DNA from: Octopus sinensis
Taxonomy: Eukaryota
Direction of reading: 5' to 3'
Length of the DNA stretch: 64,000 bases
Assembly: GCF_006345805.1 (NCBI RefSeq)
Contig: NC_043001.1
Coordinates: 113,398,001-113,462,000 of the forward strand
In this document: positions 63,898 to 64,000 of the stretch, piece by piece
Position numbering within the stretch: the stretch's first letter is position 1
How the letters are laid out: each line of letters starts with the position of its first letter
The notes under the pieces: generated by a model
What the model was told of the DNA's origin: nothing
What the model saw: only the letters and a program-made list of their open reading frames with translations
The model's database searches: none
Program-made: the position numbers and the translations under genes

Positions 63898-64000
63898 ATA
63901 CACGCATATACATATACAGGGTGCGTAAGATATTTGAGGACAGAGTTATGTTTATGAAAAACATATATAATAATAGATAATAACTGTATTTATTAAAAAT

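Noticed and set aside
63917-64000. Possible Tc1/mariner left end (TA|CAGGGTG)
   Set aside because: The matching TIR would lie outside the window and cannot be verified.

Overview
Eukaryotic, AT-rich DNA saturated with microsatellites. It is almost certainly from an octopod cephalopod genome; this is inferred from the tRNA-derived SINE families and the repeat landscape. No host protein-coding gene can be identified with confidence, and nearly all ORFs in the track are translations of microsatellites. The window is a mosaic of four tRNA-derived SINE families (about 35 copies, with shuffled tails), LINE fragments (R4/Dong, Tx1/L1, CR1, RTE), Penelope-like elements (PLEs) with GIY-YIG remnants, two Helitron-like derivatives and a Tc1/mariner remnant. 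The main result of the hunt is a set of at least seven minimal type I hammerhead-ribozyme motifs. One has a fully intact core inside a 47-bp inverted-repeat cassette (54049-54111, minus strand). Three lie directly downstream of separate PLE GIY-YIG remnants and all carry the compensatory U3-A8 core (UUGAAAA instead of CUGANGA). Other observations: several long hairpins (13.7, 24.3, 46.1 and 54.4 kb), a 9-unit repeat-spacer array (48.6-49.4 kb), a 2.4-kb tandem duplication joined through a chimeric SINE, a SINE flanked by a 106-bp direct duplication, a duplicated Helitron 3' end, and one GC-rich candidate exon/ORF with an RQRR site (34.6-35.0 kb). All calls were made by eye with no database search, and repeat boundaries are approximate.
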